A stretch of 64,000 nt of DNA from Silvibacterium sp. (GCF_047605705.1 NZ_JASGFD010000025.1:1168-65167), one strand, 5' to 3'; shown: positions 44,645 to 57,073, counted from the stretch's first letter. Numbers and translations: made by a program. Notes: generated from the letters alone by a model not told the origin.

Positions 44645-47600
44645 AGAGCCTCCTGAGGCCGTGCCATGGGAGCAACGGTGCGATGGCCCTTGAGGCGCAT
44701 CCGCAACCGGTCCAGCACGAGATAAACCACCGGCGTGGTGTAGAGCGTGAGCACCTGGCTCACCACCAGACCGCCGAGAATCGTGTACCCGAGCGGCTGA
44801 CGCAGCTCGTGTCCAAGCCCCGTACCGAAGGCCAGCGGCACCGCGCCGAAGAAGGCGGCGGCCGTGGTCATCAGAATGGGGCGGAAGCGCAGCAGGCATG
44901 CGTGGAAGATCGCATCTTCGGTCTTCAAGCCCTGCTCGCGCTCCAGTTGCAGCGCGAAGTCGATCATCATGATCGCGTTCTTCTTCACAATGCCGATCAG
45001 CAGGATGATGCCGATGATCGAGATCACATCCAGCTCGGAGTTGAAGAGGATGAGCGTGATCACCGCGCCCAGGGAAGCCGAGGGCAGCGTGGTCAGAATC
45101 GTAATGGGGTGAATGAAGCTTTCATAGAGAATGCCCAGCACGATGTAGACCGCGCCGATGGCGGCGGCAATCAGGATCGGCTCATTGCTGAGCGAACTTT
45201 GGAAAGCCTGCGCCGTGCCGGTGAAGCTGCCATGCACGCTCTTCGGAATATGCAACCTGTCTTCGATCGCTTCCACCTGCTGCGTCGCCTGTTCCAGCGA
45301 GACACCGGGCGCGAGATTGAAGGAGATCGTCGACGAGGGATAGAGCCCGGTGTGGTTCACCTGCAGCGGCCCGGTACGCGCCTGGTAGCTGCTGATCGTG
45401 CTGATAGGCACCGCGCCCTCGGAGCTGGTGACATAGGTATTGCGCAGCGCATCCGGACCGGTGCTGAAGTGTGGATCGGCCTCGAGCACGACGTGATATT
45501 GATTCAGCGGCTTGTAGATCGTCGAAGGCTCGGCCTGCGAATAAGAATAGTTCAGCACGTTATCGATATCGTTCGGCGTGAGCCCGAGCCGAGCCGCCGT
45601 GAGTCGATCGTAGGTCAGGTACGACTCAAGACCGCCCGCGAGCAGATCCGACTCCACATCCGTCACCGAGGACAGCTTCTTCATCTCGCGCGTCAGCATC
45701 GGTGCGTACTTCTTCAGCTCGTCCTCCGAGTCAGCCTGCATCGTGTACTGATACTGCGCGTTCGACTGCCGACCACCGATATGCAGATCCTGCGCGGCCA
45801 TGAGGAAGGTCTGCGCCTCCTTGATCTGCATCAGCTGCGGACGCAGGCGGTTCACAATGTCCGTCGCACTCACCTTGCGCTCTTCGAGCGGCTTGAGCGC
45901 GATGAACATAAAGCCGCTGTTCGAGGAGCCCATGCCGCCACCGGTAAAGGCGACAACATTCTTTACACCGGGGTCCGAACGCACGATGTTCACAGCACGG
46001 GTCACGGCGGCATGCATCTTGTCGTAGGAAGCATCCTGCGAACCCTGCAAACCGCCCATCAGGACACCGGTATCTTCCTGCGGAAAGAATCCTTTTTGTA
46101 CCCGTGCGAGATACAAAACATTCAGAGCGATGGTGCAGAGAAAGAGCAGCAGCACAAGGCCCGCATGATCGCGGATGACCCAGCGCAGGCTGCGCTCATA
46201 GCCACGCACCAGCGCGTTGAACATGCGCTCGCTCGCGTAATAGAGGCGCCCATGCTCTTCCTTCTTCTCTGTCTTCAGCAGTACCGAGCAGAGCATCGGC
46301 GTCGTCGTCAGCGAGAGAACCATCGAGATCAGGATGGCAATCGCCAGCGTCACCGAGAATTCATGAAAGAGACGGCCCACGATGCCGCCCATCATCAGGA
46401 TGGGAATGAAGACCGCGATGAGCGAGATGGTGATCGAAAGGACCGTAAAGCCGATCTCCTTCGAGCCGCGCAAGGCTGCTGCCACCGGCGACATCCCCTC
46501 CTCGAGATAGCGCGCGATGTTCTCCATCACCACGATGGCGTCGTCGATCACAAAACCGGTCGAGATGGTGAGCGCCATCAATGAGAGATTGTCGAGCGAG
46601 TAGCCGAGGAAATACATCGCAGCGAACGTGCCGATCAGCGAGACCGGAACAGCGATGCCTGGAATCAGCGTCGCCCGCCAGTTCCTCAGGAAGACGAAGA
46701 CCACCACGACAACCAGGCAGATGGAGATGATAAGCGTCCGCTCGACATCGTGCAGAGAGGCTCGGATGGTCGTTGTCTGGTCGAGCGTGAGCGTCAGCTT
46801 CTGGTTCTGCGGGATCGCGGCCTGCAGCGCCTTGAATTCACTCTTGATCTGGTCGACCGTATCGATGACATTGGCGCCCGGCTGCTTGAAGATAATCAGA
46901 TCGACCGTCTGCTGGCCGTTCATCATGCCGCCGGAACGAATGTTCTCAGTCGAGTCGACCACATCGGCGACATCTTCAAGGCGCACAACGGTACCGTTGT
47001 GCTGTGCGATCACCAGCTCTTTGTAGTCGTTGGCCTTCGAGAGTTGATCGTTCGTGCGAATGTAGCTGACCGTCTGCCCGTTCTTGAAGGACCCGGTAGG
47101 CGTGTGCGCATTCTGGTTCTGCAGGAACGTAGCCACCGTCGCCAGGCTGATGCCGTAGTGCTGCAACTGGAGCGGATTGATTTCGACGCGCACCGCGGGC
47201 AGCGCACCGCCGCCGATTTCTACCTGCCCCACTCCCTGGATCTGTAACAGCTTCTGTTCCAGAATCGTCGATGCCGAATCGTACCGGTCTCCTACGCCCG
47301 CTGAATCCGACGTGATGCTGATGATCGCGATCGGAGAATCCGACGAATTCATCTTGCGATAGGTTGGATTCGATGGCAGATCCGAGGGCAGATAGGTACG
47401 CGCCGCTGCAATCGCCGCTTCCACATCGCGCGCCGCGCCGTTGATGTCGCGGTTGAGCTCGAACTGCAGCGAGATCGACGCAGAGCCGGTCGAGCTCTGC
47501 GAAAGCATCTCCGTCACGCCGGCGATGTGCCCCAGCTGGCGCTCGAGCGGAGTCGCCACCGAAGAGGCCATCACATCCGGGCTCGCGCCCGGCAGTGACG

Positions 47601-47745
47601 CCTGGATGACGATCGTCGGCGAGTCGACCTGCGGCAGCGGAGCCACTGGCAGCACGGCAAAGGCGATGATGCCGGCGATCGCCACCGCCGCAGTCAGTAG
47701 CGTAGTGGCAATGGGCCGCCGGATCGCAGGCGCGGAGAGGTTCAT
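44641..47745 (-). CDS. mdtC: RND multidrug efflux permease, MdtC-like
   Basis: 1034 aa. Collinear with E. coli MdtC as I remember it (..[68 protein letters not shown]..). Confidence 0.88.
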   Translation of the reverse strand: MNLSAPAIRRPIATTLLTAAVAIAGIIAFAVLPVAPLPQVDSPTIVIQASLPGASPDVMASSVATPLERQLGHIAGVTEMLSQSSTGSASISLQFELNRDINGAARDVEAAIAAARTYLPSDLPSNPTYRKMNSSDSPIAIISITSDSAGVGDRYDSASTILEQKLLQIQGVGQVEIGGGALPAVRVEINPLQLQHYGISLATVATFLQNQNAHTPTGSFKNGQTVSYIRTNDQLSKANDYKELVIAQHNGTVVRLEDVADVVDSTENIRSGGMMNGQQTVDLIIFKQPGANVIDTVDQIKSEFKALQAAIPQNQKLTLTLDQTTTIRASLHDVERTLIISICLVVVVVFVFLRNWRATLIPGIAVPVSLIGTFAAMYFLGYSLDNLSLMALTISTGFVIDDAIVVMENIARYLEEGMSPVAAALRGSKEIGFTVLSITISLIAVFIPILMMGGIVGRLFHEFSVTLAIAILISMVLSLTTTPMLCSVLLKTEKKEEHGRLYYASERMFNALVRGYERSLRWVIRDHAGLVLLLFLCTIALNVLYLARVQKGFFPQEDTGVLMGGLQGSQDASYDKMHAAVTRAVNIVRSDPGVKNVVAFTGGGMGSSNSGFMFIALKPLEERKVSATDIVNRLRPQLMQIKEAQTFLMAAQDLHIGGRQSNAQYQYTMQADSEDELKKYAPMLTREMKKLSSVTDVESDLLAGGLESYLTYDRLTAARLGLTPNDIDNVLNYSYSQAEPSTIYKPLNQYHVVLEADPHFSTGPDALRNTYVTSSEGAVPISTISSYQARTGPLQVNHTGLYPSSTISFNLAPGVSLEQATQQVEAIEDRLHIPKSVHGSFTGTAQAFQSSLSNEPILIAAAIGAVYIVLGILYESFIHPITILTTLPSASLGAVITLILFNSELDVISIIGIILLIGIVKKNAIMMIDFALQLEREQGLKTEDAIFHACLLRFRPILMTTAAAFFGAVPLAFGTGLGHELRQPLGYTILGGLVVSQVLTLYTTPVVYLVLDRLRMRLKGHRTVAPMARPQEAL

Positions 47746-50700
47746 GCCTGGCCTTCCAGTGGCAGTTCACCCTGGGCCGGTACGCCGCGGCGCACGCCCA
47801 TCTTTTCACCCAGCCAGTCGAAGAAGAGATAGATCACCGGAGTGGTGTAGAGCGTAAGCAGCTGGCTCAGCAGCAAGCCGCCCACCATGGCAATGCCCAG
47901 CGGACGGCGCAGCTCTGCGCCGATGCCGTGACCAAGCGCGAGCGGCAGCCCGCCGAAGAGCGCGGCCAGCGTCGTCATCAGAATCGGACGGAAGCGCAGC
48001 AGCGAAGCCTCGAAAATCGCTTCCTTCGGCGACTTGCCGTGATGCCGCTCCGCTTCGAGCGCGAAGTCAACCATCATGATGCCGTTCTTCTTCACAATGC
48101 CGATGAGCAGCACGATACCGATGATGCCCACGATGCCGAGGTCCTGCTTGAAGAGCATTAGCGCAAGCAGCGCGCCCACACCTGCTGAAGGCAGCGTGGA
48201 AAGAATCGTCAGAGGATGGATGAAGCTCTCGTAAAGCACGCCGAGCACGATATACACCGTGACCAGCGCCGCAATGACCAGCCATCCCTCATTGCTCAGC
48301 GAGTTCTGATACGACGCTGCTGTGCCCTGGAACTTCGCCTGCACGTTGATCGGCAGGTTCAAATCCTTCTGTGCCTTCTCGATCGCATCCACTGCCTGGC
48401 TCAGGTGGTAGCCCGGCGCCAGATTGAAGGAGACAGTGATGACCGGAAACTGCCCCTGGTGCGCAACTGTCAGCGGCGCGAGCCCCTTCTTCATCGTTGT
48501 GAAGGCCGCGAGCGGAATCGGCTGCGCCGCGCTCGTCGCGGACGAAGTGCTTGAACTGCTGCTGCCGCTCGAAGAGCTGAGAGCGGAAGTGGTACCGCTG
48601 GTCGAAGCCGCCTGCAGCACCGTGCTGTTCGTCGAAGTCGACGAGAGGGATCCAGTCGAGGACGAAGTACCAAGCGAGGTCGAATTGCTGGTCGTGCCCA
48701 GCGTGGTGCTGTTCGAGGTCGTGGAGGAAACGCCCGAGGTCGACGAAGCACTGAGCTGCGTTGTCCCGGTAGAGCTTGTACTGCTGCTCGAAGACGAGCT
48801 GGACGAGGAACTCGACGAAGAGCCGGACCCGCCAGAGCTCGTGCTCGACGAGCTGGTGGTCGAAGCGGGCAGATAAATCTCTTCGAGATCCTGCGGGCTC
48901 GTCTGGAACTTTGGATCGACCTCGAGAATCACGTGATACTGATTCGTCTGCGTGTACAGCGTCGTTACCTGGCGCTGCCCGAAGGCGTCATAAAGCGTGT
49001 CGTCGATGGTTTGCGGCGTGATGCCGAGGCGCGATGCAGTCACGCGATCGATATCGAGGTTCACAGCGTTGCCGTTCGGCTGCTCGTCCGTGACCACGTC
49101 TTCAATCTGCGGCAGCGTCTTCAGCTTCGCCAGCAGCTTTGCCGTCCATGTCGAGAGCTCCTGCTGGTTCGGATCGCTGACCGTGTATTGATACTGCGTA
49201 CGGCTCACGCGATCTTCCACCGTGAGGTCCTGCACCGGCTGCATATAGGTCTGGATGCCCGTGACCTGCGCGAGCTTTGGCTTCAGCCGCTCGATTACAT
49301 CCGACGCGCTGATGCCGCGTGTCGAAAGCGCTTTGAGGTTGATCTGCATGCGGCCGCTATTGAGCGTGGTGTTGGTGCCGTCCACGCCAATGAACGAGGA
49401 AAGCGAATCGACAGCCGGATCTTCCAGGATGACGCGCGCCACGGCGCGCTGCCGCGTGACCATCGCATCGAAGCTGGTGGCCTCGGGAGCCTGCGTAATG
49501 GCCTGGATGATGCCCGTATCCTGCGTCGGGAAAAAGCCCTTTGGGATCACGTAGTAGAGCGCCACGGCGCCTACCAGCGTGACGACGGCCACGATGAGCG
49601 CCAGCGCCTGCCGCGCCAGCACCCAGCTCAACGTGCGTCCATAGAAGGCGATGATGTCCTTGAACAGCTTCTCGGACCAGTGGTAGAAGCGGCCTTGCTC
49701 GGATTCCGGTGTGTGCTTCAGCAGCTTCGAGCACATCATCGGCGTCAGCGTCAGCGATACGACCGCCGAGACGATGATGGTCACTGCCAGCGTCACCGCG
49801 AATTCGCGGAAGAGGCGGCCAGTGATGTCGCCCATGAAGAGCAGCGGGATGAGCACTGCGATCAGCGAAATGGTGAGCGAGAGAATGGTGAAGCCGATCT
49901 CGCTTGCGCCCTTCAGCGCCGCTTCGAGCGGTGCCATTCCCTCTTCGAGATAACGGCTGATGTTCTCGATCATCACGATCGCGTCATCGACAACGAAGCC
50001 GGTCGAGATGGTCAGCGCCATCATGGTGAGGTTGTTGAGGCTGTAGCCCATCGCATACATCACCGCGAAGGTGCCCACCAGCGAGAGCGGCACAGCGACG
50101 GACGGGATGATCGTCGCACGCCAGCTGCGCAGGAAGAGGAAGATGACCGCGACCACGAGGCAGATCGTCAGCATCAACTCGAATTCGACATCATCCACCG
50201 AGGCGCGGATCGTCGTAGTGCGATCCGTCAGCACCGTCACCTTCACCGAGGCAGGCAGGGACTCTTCCAGCTGCGGCAGCAGGGCCTTGACCGAATCGAC
50301 CACCTGGATGGTGTTCGCATTCGACTGGCGCTGGATATTCACGATGATCGCCGGCGTCTGGTTCATCCACGCGGCGAGCTGCGAGTTCTCAACGCCGTTA
50401 TAGACATTCGCCACGTCGCTCAGCAGAACGGGCGAGCCATTCTTATAGGCGACGACGATGTTCTTATACTGACTCGCGTCCTGAATCTGGTCATTCGCGT
50501 CGAGCGTGTAGGCCTGCTGCGGTCCGTTGAAGGTTCCCTTCGAGCCGTTCACGCTGGCATCGCTGATCGCCGTGCGCACATCTTCGAGCGCAATGCCATA
50601 GGACGAAAGCGCTGCGGGGTTTGCCTGGATGCGCACCGCGGGCTTCTGTCCGCCCTGGATCGAAACAAGGCCCACACCGCTGAGCTGCGAAATCTTCGGC

Positions 50701-51188
50701 GCGAGGCGCGTGTCGGCCAGGTCCTGGATATCGGAGAGCGTCATCGACTTCGAGGTCAGAGCCAGCGTGAGCACCGGCGCATCGGCCGGGTTCGTCTTGC
50801 TATAGACCGGAGGCACCGGCAGATCGGTAGGCAGATAGCTGTTCGCCGCGTTAATGGCGGCCTGCACTTCCTGCTCTGCAACGTCGATGTCCTCTTTGAG
50901 GACAAACTGCATCACGATGACCGACGCGCCACCCGAGCTCGTCGACGTCATCTGCGCAAGCCCTGGAATCTCACCGAACTGTTTTTCGAGCGGGCCGGTC
51001 ACCGTCGATGACATCACGTCGGCGCTCGCGCCCGGATAGAGCGTCTGCACCTGGATGGTCGGGTAGTTCACCTCCGGCAGAGCGGAGATAGGCAGCTGAA
51101 AATACGCCACCGCGCCCACCAGGAGGATGGCGACCATGAAGAGAATGGTCGCCACCGGGCGAAGAATGAATGGACGCGAAAGGCTCAT
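47742..51188 (-). CDS. mdtB: RND multidrug efflux permease, MdtB-like, with a 111-codon Ser/Thr-rich insertion
   Basis: 1148 aa. Collinear with E. coli MdtB as I remember it ([50 protein letters not shown].., [16 protein letters not shown]..). ATGA overlaps at both ends. Confidence 0.88.
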   Translation of the reverse strand: MSLSRPFILRPVATILFMVAILLVGAVAYFQLPISALPEVNYPTIQVQTLYPGASADVMSSTVTGPLEKQFGEIPGLAQMTSTSSGGASVIVMQFVLKEDIDVAEQEVQAAINAANSYLPTDLPVPPVYSKTNPADAPVLTLALTSKSMTLSDIQDLADTRLAPKISQLSGVGLVSIQGGQKPAVRIQANPAALSSYGIALEDVRTAISDASVNGSKGTFNGPQQAYTLDANDQIQDASQYKNIVVAYKNGSPVLLSDVANVYNGVENSQLAAWMNQTPAIIVNIQRQSNANTIQVVDSVKALLPQLEESLPASVKVTVLTDRTTTIRASVDDVEFELMLTICLVVAVIFLFLRSWRATIIPSVAVPLSLVGTFAVMYAMGYSLNNLTMMALTISTGFVVDDAIVMIENISRYLEEGMAPLEAALKGASEIGFTILSLTISLIAVLIPLLFMGDITGRLFREFAVTLAVTIIVSAVVSLTLTPMMCSKLLKHTPESEQGRFYHWSEKLFKDIIAFYGRTLSWVLARQALALIVAVVTLVGAVALYYVIPKGFFPTQDTGIIQAITQAPEATSFDAMVTRQRAVARVILEDPAVDSLSSFIGVDGTNTTLNSGRMQINLKALSTRGISASDVIERLKPKLAQVTGIQTYMQPVQDLTVEDRVSRTQYQYTVSDPNQQELSTWTAKLLAKLKTLPQIEDVVTDEQPNGNAVNLDIDRVTASRLGITPQTIDDTLYDAFGQRQVTTLYTQTNQYHVILEVDPKFQTSPQDLEEIYLPASTTSSSSTSSGGSGSSSSSSSSSSSSSSTSSTGTTQLSASSTSGVSSTTSNSTTLGTTSNSTSLGTSSSTGSLSSTSTNSTVLQAASTSGTTSALSSSSGSSSSSTSSATSAAQPIPLAAFTTMKKGLAPLTVAHQGQFPVITVSFNLAPGYHLSQAVDAIEKAQKDLNLPINVQAKFQGTAASYQNSLSNEGWLVIAALVTVYIVLGVLYESFIHPLTILSTLPSAGVGALLALMLFKQDLGIVGIIGIVLLIGIVKKNGIMMVDFALEAERHHGKSPKEAIFEASLLRFRPILMTTLAALFGGLPLALGHGIGAELRRPLGIAMVGGLLLSQLLTLYTTPVIYLFFDWLGEKMGVRRGVPAQGELPLEGQA

Positions 51189-52396
51189 CGAGGTCCCGGT
51201 CCTGCGGGGGCCGTGCTCACCTTGGCGCCGTCCTGCAGGCGATCGAAGTTACTCGTCACCACCGACTGGCCGGGCGTGATGCCGGTAACGGCGGTCTTGT
51301 CTTCGTCAGAATCCACAACCGTGATGTTGGTCAGCGCGACGGTGTTATCGGACTTCACCACATACACAAAGGCCTGCTGGCCGTTGTACTGCACCGCCAC
51401 GGTCGGAATCAGGTTCGCGTTCTGCAGCGTCTCCACATCCAGCTTCGCGTTCACAAACTGGTTCGGGAAGAGCGCATTCGTTGCGTTATCAAAGATTGCG
51501 CGCAGCTTCACGGTGCCGGTGGTCGTGTCCACCTGATTGTCGAGCGTAAGCAGCTTGCCGGTAGAGATGCGGGTCAGCTGCGCGCGATCGTAGAGGTCCA
51601 CCTTGAGCGTCGCATGCTTCACCGCCGCGAGCACCTTCTGCACGTGATCTTCGGCGATGGCGAAGACAACCGTCATCGGGTTGAGCTGCGTGATCGTCGC
51701 AATCGTGCTCGAAGAGCCGGAGAAGATGATGTTGCCCGGGTCCACAAGGCGCAGCCCGATACGGCCAGAGAGCGGCGCGCTGATATGGCAATAGCTGAGC
51801 TGCACCTTGTCATAGGCCACGGTGCCTTCGTCATTCTCGACTGTGCCTTCGTCCTGCTTGACCGTGCCCAGCTCGTCGTCGTACGTCTGCTGGCTGACGG
51901 CGTTGCCCTTGAGGGCGATCTCATATTTCTTCAGGTCGTTCCGCGCCTGGTCCAGCGCCGCCTGGTCGCGCTTGAGCGAGCCCTCGGCCTGTTGCAGCTG
52001 CGTCTCATAGGGGCGCGGATCGATCTCGACCAGCGACTGGCCCTTGCTCACCATCTGGCCTTCGCGATAGTTCACTGCGAGCACCTGGCCGCTCACCAGC
52101 GGGTAGACATTCACCGTGTGCTCAGGCGTGACGGTGCCCAGCGCATTGAGGTAAACATCCATCGAGCCCTGCTCGACCTTCGCCTCGGTAATCGATACAC
52201 CGGCATTCTTCGCGCCCTGCCCGCCCGGGCCAGCGCCCGGAGGTCCGCCGCCGGGCATGCCGCCCGGGGCCGCGCCATGATGCAGAAGGGGCAACAGCAG
52301 CACGCCCACAACCAGGATCACCAGCAGCCATGCCAGCCAATGTTTCTTCTTTCGAGAGGAGGAAGCCTTGTCCTGTGGTGCGAGTTCGTCGGTCAT
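51185..52396 (-). CDS. mdtA: RND efflux periplasmic adaptor subunit, MdtA-like
   Basis: 403 aa. N-terminal TM anchor, ..[34 protein letters not shown].., ..[11 protein letters not shown].. as in MdtA. Confidence 0.88.
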   Translation of the reverse strand: MTDELAPQDKASSSRKKKHWLAWLLVILVVGVLLLPLLHHGAAPGGMPGGGPPGAGPGGQGAKNAGVSITEAKVEQGSMDVYLNALGTVTPEHTVNVYPLVSGQVLAVNYREGQMVSKGQSLVEIDPRPYETQLQQAEGSLKRDQAALDQARNDLKKYEIALKGNAVSQQTYDDELGTVKQDEGTVENDEGTVAYDKVQLSYCHISAPLSGRIGLRLVDPGNIIFSGSSSTIATITQLNPMTVVFAIAEDHVQKVLAAVKHATLKVDLYDRAQLTRISTGKLLTLDNQVDTTTGTVKLRAIFDNATNALFPNQFVNAKLDVETLQNANLIPTVAVQYNGQQAFVYVVKSDNTVALTNITVVDSDEDKTAVTGITPGQSVVTSNFDRLQDGAKVSTAPAGPGPR

Positions 52397-52612
52397 CTTT
52401 ATCCTTAGGGTGCTACGCCATCATCCCAGTGAGGGTGCGCGGTCGTTCTGGCAGCTGCGAGCGAGGCAGCGTGCTCTTTTAGAAGACTTCAGAAATCGCG
52501 AAATGAACGTAATACTGTGTCACGGTTCGTCATCGTATGTAACAGATCGTCACCGGATAGCCGCTGCACGAGTTTCCGGCGCAAACTAGGAGGAGTGACC
52601 GCAGACGAAACG

Positions 52613-53350
52613 ATGAGTACGCCACCGGTGTCCACCGAACTCGAACATGTACTGCTCATCGACGATGACGTCGAGCTGTGCCGCATGCTGCAGGACTATC
52701 TCAGCCGCCACGGCTGGGAGGTCTCAATGGCGCATCGCGGCTCAAGCGGCCTGGCCGCCGCGCTCGAGATGCGTCACGGTCTCATCGTGCTCGACGTGAT
52801 GCTGCCCGACTTCGACGGCTTCGAGCTGCTGCGCCGCCTGCGCCGCGAAGCCGATGTCTACGTGCTGCTGCTGACCGCGCGCGGCGAGGAGATCGATCGC
52901 ATCGTGGGGCTCGAGCTGGGCGCAGACGACTATCTGCCCAAGCCCTTCAATCCGCGCGAGCTGCTGGCCCGCATGCGCGCCATCGTGCGGCGCGGCACAC
53001 GCACCGGCAACAACGGCGAGCCATCACGGGAGTCGCAGCCAGCGATTGCCGGTTTTACCGTCGACCACGCCGTGCGCAGCGTGCGCTTCGGCGAACAGCC
53101 ACTGGAGCTCACCGACCTCGAATTCGATCTGCTTCACCAGTTTCTGACGCACCCCGGCGAGGTCCTCAACCGCGAGCAGCTGGTCGAGCGCGTGCTCGAA
53201 CGGCCATTCCGCCCGCTCGACCGCAGCCTCGACATGCTGGTTTCGCGCCTGCGCCGCAAGCTTGAAACACTGCCCGGTTTTTCGGGAGGCATCAAGGCCG
53301 TTCGCTCGAACGGCTATCTCTTCTTCACCGAAGGATCAAGCAGAGGCTGA
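52613..53350 (+). CDS. OmpR-family response regulator (CpxR/BaeR-like)
   Basis: Receiver VLLIDDDVELCRML..LIVLDVMLPDFDGFELL..LLLTARGEEIDRIVGLELGADDYLPKPFNPRELLARMRAIVRR plus a winged-helix C-terminus. ATG 52613 chosen. An in-frame GTG at 52595 follows AGGAGG but with a spacer of only 1 nt. Confidence 0.88.
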   Translation: MSTPPVSTELEHVLLIDDDVELCRMLQDYLSRHGWEVSMAHRGSSGLAAALEMRHGLIVLDVMLPDFDGFELLRRLRREADVYVLLLTARGEEIDRIVGLELGADDYLPKPFNPRELLARMRAIVRRGTRTGNNGEPSRESQPAIAGFTVDHAVRSVRFGEQPLELTDLEFDLLHQFLTHPGEVLNREQLVERVLERPFRPLDRSLDMLVSRLRRKLETLPGFSGGIKAVRSNGYLFFTEGSSRG

Positions 53351-53353
53351 CCC

Positions 53354-54739
53354 ATGCGCAGCTTTTTCCTGCAGTTCTTCCTCTCCTTCTGGGTCATCAC
53401 CTGCGGCATCTTCATCGCCGCCACCCTGCTCTCTCCGCAGGACGACCCTGGCTCGCCGGGCGAGGTACGATCCGCGCTCGACCTCTCTGCCGATGCGCTC
53501 GCGACCACATCTATCGCGCAATATCGCGAGCATGGCTGCGCAGGCCTTGCGCCGCTCGGCAAAGAAAGCACCTTCGCTGACAGCAACGGCAATCCCATCT
53601 GCGCACCGCCCTTTGAAAAGCCGGTGGCAGAACTGCTGCGGCAGACGCGCAAAGAAGGACACCCCGTTTCCTTGCGCGCCGACGGCATCTGGGTACAGGT
53701 ACGCCAGGTAAGCATCGGCAACAACGAGCGCTATTACCTGGTGCAGCGCATCAGCGGCGAGCACCGTCCCTGGTGGCCTCACCTGCCCGTGGTCGCCATT
53801 CCGGTATCGCTGCTCGTCACCTTTCTCTTCGCCTACATCCTTACGCGGCCGGTGCGCGCATTGCGTCTCGCCTTCCGCCGCTTCTCGGCCGGCGACATGG
53901 ACGTCCGCCTCGATGTTCCGCCCTCGCGCTGGAAGGATTTCGGCGGAGCCGACGTGCGCACGCTCATGATCGACTTCAACCACATGGCCGACCGCGTAAA
54001 GGAGCTGGTCGAGGCGCAAAAACTGCTCATTCGCGATATCTCGCACGAGCTGCGCTCGCCTCTGGCGCGCCTGCAGGTGGCCCTCGAGCTCGCGCGCGAA
54101 GAAGCGCCCGAATCCACCGGCCTGCTCGATCGCGTCGGCGTGGAGGCCGACCGCCTGAATGCGCTTATCGGTGAAACGCTGCGCCTGTCCCTGATGGAGT
54201 CTCTGCGCCAGCCGCCGAGCGACGAGACCTTTGCCCTGGGAGAAATCTTCGCGCTGCTGCTGCCGGACATGCGCTTCGAAGCCGAGGCTCGCGGATCGCG
54301 CGTCGTCTACAGCTCGGCATGCGACGCCGTGATGCTGCGGGGCCAGGGGGAGATGCTGCGCCGCGCGCTCGAGAACATCGTCCGCAACGCCATCCGCTAC
54401 ACCCCTGCGGGCGGCACGGTGGAGATTGCCGCCACCTGCGACGCGCACGCCGGCAACCCCCTCGGCGTCTCTACCGCTACGCCCATTCCAATCTGGATCG
54501 ACATCGTCATCGCCGACCGAGGCCCCGGCATTCCCGAGCAGTATCTCTCGGACATCTTCCGGCCTTTCTATCGTGTGGACATGGCCCGCGAGGGCACTAC
54601 GGGCGGCTTCGGCGTAGGACTGGCCATCGCCGAGCGCGCAGTCCATCTGCATTCGGGCTCCATCCGCGTGGAGAATCGCCGTGGTGGCGGCCTCTCGGTC
54701 ATCGTGCAGCTGCCAGGGCTTGCACCGGCCATAAGCTAG
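53354..54739 (+). CDS. sensor histidine kinase (CpxA/BaeS-like)
   Basis: Two TM segments flank a periplasmic loop, then a HAMP domain. H-box LIRDISHELRSPLARLQVALELAR. HATPase motifs NAIRYTP, DRGPGIP, GGFGVGLAIA. Confidence 0.9.
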   Translation: MRSFFLQFFLSFWVITCGIFIAATLLSPQDDPGSPGEVRSALDLSADALATTSIAQYREHGCAGLAPLGKESTFADSNGNPICAPPFEKPVAELLRQTRKEGHPVSLRADGIWVQVRQVSIGNNERYYLVQRISGEHRPWWPHLPVVAIPVSLLVTFLFAYILTRPVRALRLAFRRFSAGDMDVRLDVPPSRWKDFGGADVRTLMIDFNHMADRVKELVEAQKLLIRDISHELRSPLARLQVALELAREEAPESTGLLDRVGVEADRLNALIGETLRLSLMESLRQPPSDETFALGEIFALLLPDMRFEAEARGSRVVYSSACDAVMLRGQGEMLRRALENIVRNAIRYTPAGGTVEIAATCDAHAGNPLGVSTATPIPIWIDIVIADRGPGIPEQYLSDIFRPFYRVDMAREGTTGGFGVGLAIAERAVHLHSGSIRVENRRGGGLSVIVQLPGLAPAIS

Positions 54740-54799
54740 CCAGATTCACCGTACGAAGATCCGGCATGGGTAGACTGAAGAAGATCGTTCGGTTCCCCC

Positions 54800-57073
54800 A
54801 TGAAGAGACTTGTATTCCTCCTTGCCTTTTCTTCTGTTGCGGTTGCCCAGGCTCCGCAGCACGCTGACGACACACTCATCTTCCAGACGTCACAGGGCTG
54901 GTCGCCCCGCGTCAACGTCGAAGCCGGCACGGTAATGACCTACGGCATCAACGAAGACCTGCCCGATCGCATCCGCAGCTGGAAGAACCATGGCTACCGC
55001 GTCGCGCTCATGACCGGCGTGGCCTGGGGCACCTATGGCGACTACCTGCGCGGCGACTTCGACGGCAAGGAGCACTGGAACGAGACGCAGCAGGAGGCCA
55101 GCGGCAACCTGATCCTGCACAGCGGCCGCGAAGTTCCCTACATCGCGCCCTCGGAAAGCTACGGCAAATATCTGAGCCGCGGTGTGCTGCGCGCGCTCGA
55201 TGCCGGCGCCGATGCCGTCTACCTCGAAGAACCCGAATTCTGGGCCCGCGCCGGATGGTCCGATTCCTTCAAGAAGGAATGGGAGAGCTACTATCACGAG
55301 CCCTGGCGTGCGCCGGACTCCTCGCCCGACGCGCAGTATCGCGCCAGCAAGCTGAAGTACTTCCTCTATCGCCGCGCGCTCGCGCAGGTCTTCGCCGCCG
55401 TGCATGACTGGAGTCAGCAGCATGGCAGGCAGATCCCCTGCTACGTGGCCACACACTCGCTGCTGAATTACGCGCAATGGCAGATCGTCTCGCCCGAGTC
55501 GTCCCTGCTCGACGTGGGCGCGGATGGCTACATCGCGCAGGTGTGGACCGGCACCTCGCGCGCCGAGAATATCTACGAAGGCATCCGCGCCGAGCGCACC
55601 TTCGAGACCGCCTTCCTCGAGTACGGCGCGCTGCAGAACATCGCCCGCTCCTCCGGCAAGCGTATCTGGTACCTGAACGATCCCATCGAGGACAACCCGA
55701 ACCACTCCTGGTCCGACTACCGGCACAACTGGGAGTCGACGCTGGTGGCCTCGCTGCTGCAGCCCGACGTCTCGAACTACGAGATTCTTCCCTGGCCCGA
55801 TCGCATCTTCGGACCGCACGGACTCTATCCCTCGACGGAGCCGACCGACGCAGATCCGAAACCGGAAAAGACAGCGATTCCCTCGGCGTATGAGACAGAG
55901 CTGCAGAGCGTCTTCCATGCGCTCGGCGAGATGCATGGGCAGCCATCGCAGTGGCAGGTCTCGGGCACACAGCATGTCGGCGTGCTGGTCTCCGACACAC
56001 TGATGTTCCAGCGCGCGAATCCGCAGCCCTCGGATGCTTACCTGAGCAATATTTACGGACTCGCGATGCCACTGCTCATGCATGGCCTGCCGGTCGAGCC
56101 GGTGCAGATCGAGAGCACCTATCGCGGCGACGGCGCGGCGAACTTCCTCAGCCAATATAAAGTTCTATTGCTTACGTATGAGGGGCAGAAGCCGCCTTCG
56201 GATAAGTTTCACGCTGCGATCGCCGCGTGGGTGAAAGCTGGCGGATCACTGGTCGTCGTCGACAAGGACAGTGACCCCTACAACCACGCGCAGGACTGGT
56301 GGGACGAGAACGGCAAGACGCAGACCATCCCGCGCGAGCTGCTGTTTCGCGCGTTAGGCCTCGATCCCGAAGCCGAAGGTCTGCATCACGTCGGCAAGGG
56401 AGTCGTGATCTTCCGCAAGGCTTCGCCTTCCGCGCTCGCGGCCGATCCGCAGGGTGCGGCCGAAGTGCTGTCCTGGGCGAAGGAAGCCGCTGCCCACGCG
56501 AAGCAGCCGTGGAAGGAATCCTCCGCACTCATCCTGCGTCGCGGCCCGTTCGTCGTTGCCTCGGGTCTCGATAAACCCGAGGGCCAGCCCGAGCCTTCGG
56601 CGGCAACGCGGGTAAAGAACTCGACGGTGCAGGACCTGCCTTCGTCGAGCCCCGCAACGCCGGTTCAGGCACCCGCGAATGAATCGGTCCTGCAGGCCAC
56701 TGTCCTTCGTGGCCGGTTCATCGACCTTTTCGACCCGCAACTCGGCTTTGTCATCGATCCACGCATTCAGAGCGGCGAGCGGCGCCTGCTCCTCGACCCG
56801 TCATTCTTCCCGCACGGCAGCGCGCGCGTGCTCGCAGCCAGCGCAAGAGTCATTGACGAGCAGTCCGCTGCCGGCTCTCTGAGCTTCTCGGTAAGCAACA
56901 TCGAAGCGCGTGATACGCAGGACCTGACGGCCATCCGTCTGCTGCTGCCGCGCGCGGCGAAATCGGTCACACTCGACGGCAAACCACTGGAAACCAGGGG
57001 ATGGGAAAACGGCACGCTGCTGCTGGAATTCCCCGCCAGCGCCATGCCTCAGAGGATAGCTGTGCAGTTCTGA
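54800..57073 (+). CDS. secreted hypothetical protein (757 aa), possibly carbohydrate-active
   Basis: Signal peptide MKRLVFLLAFSSVAVAQA. Trp/Tyr-rich N-terminal half (YLEEPEFWARAGWSDSFKKEWESYYHEPW). No family I can name. Confidence 0.7.
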   Translation: MKRLVFLLAFSSVAVAQAPQHADDTLIFQTSQGWSPRVNVEAGTVMTYGINEDLPDRIRSWKNHGYRVALMTGVAWGTYGDYLRGDFDGKEHWNETQQEASGNLILHSGREVPYIAPSESYGKYLSRGVLRALDAGADAVYLEEPEFWARAGWSDSFKKEWESYYHEPWRAPDSSPDAQYRASKLKYFLYRRALAQVFAAVHDWSQQHGRQIPCYVATHSLLNYAQWQIVSPESSLLDVGADGYIAQVWTGTSRAENIYEGIRAERTFETAFLEYGALQNIARSSGKRIWYLNDPIEDNPNHSWSDYRHNWESTLVASLLQPDVSNYEILPWPDRIFGPHGLYPSTEPTDADPKPEKTAIPSAYETELQSVFHALGEMHGQPSQWQVSGTQHVGVLVSDTLMFQRANPQPSDAYLSNIYGLAMPLLMHGLPVEPVQIESTYRGDGAANFLSQYKVLLLTYEGQKPPSDKFHAAIAAWVKAGGSLVVVDKDSDPYNHAQDWWDENGKTQTIPRELLFRALGLDPEAEGLHHVGKGVVIFRKASPSALAADPQGAAEVLSWAKEAAAHAKQPWKESSALILRRGPFVVASGLDKPEGQPEPSAATRVKNSTVQDLPSSSPATPVQAPANESVLQATVLRGRFIDLFDPQLGFVIDPRIQSGERRLLLDPSFFPHGSARVLAASARVIDEQSAAGSLSFSVSNIEARDTQDLTAIRLLLPRAAKSVTLDGKPLETRGWENGTLLLEFPASAMPQRIAVQF

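Noticed and set aside
48531-48863. Periodic-looking nucleotide repeats (gctcgacga / cgaagag motifs) that might suggest a CRISPR or tandem-repeat array.
   Set aside because: There is no repeat-spacer organisation. The pattern is the reverse complement of a Ser/Thr-rich coding tract that is in frame within the MdtB-like gene.
52595-52612. Alternative GTG start (52595) for the response regulator, preceded by AGGAGG.
   Set aside because: The spacer between AGGAGG and GTG is only 1 nt. The conserved receiver domain begins well after ATG 52613. It is kept as a note only.
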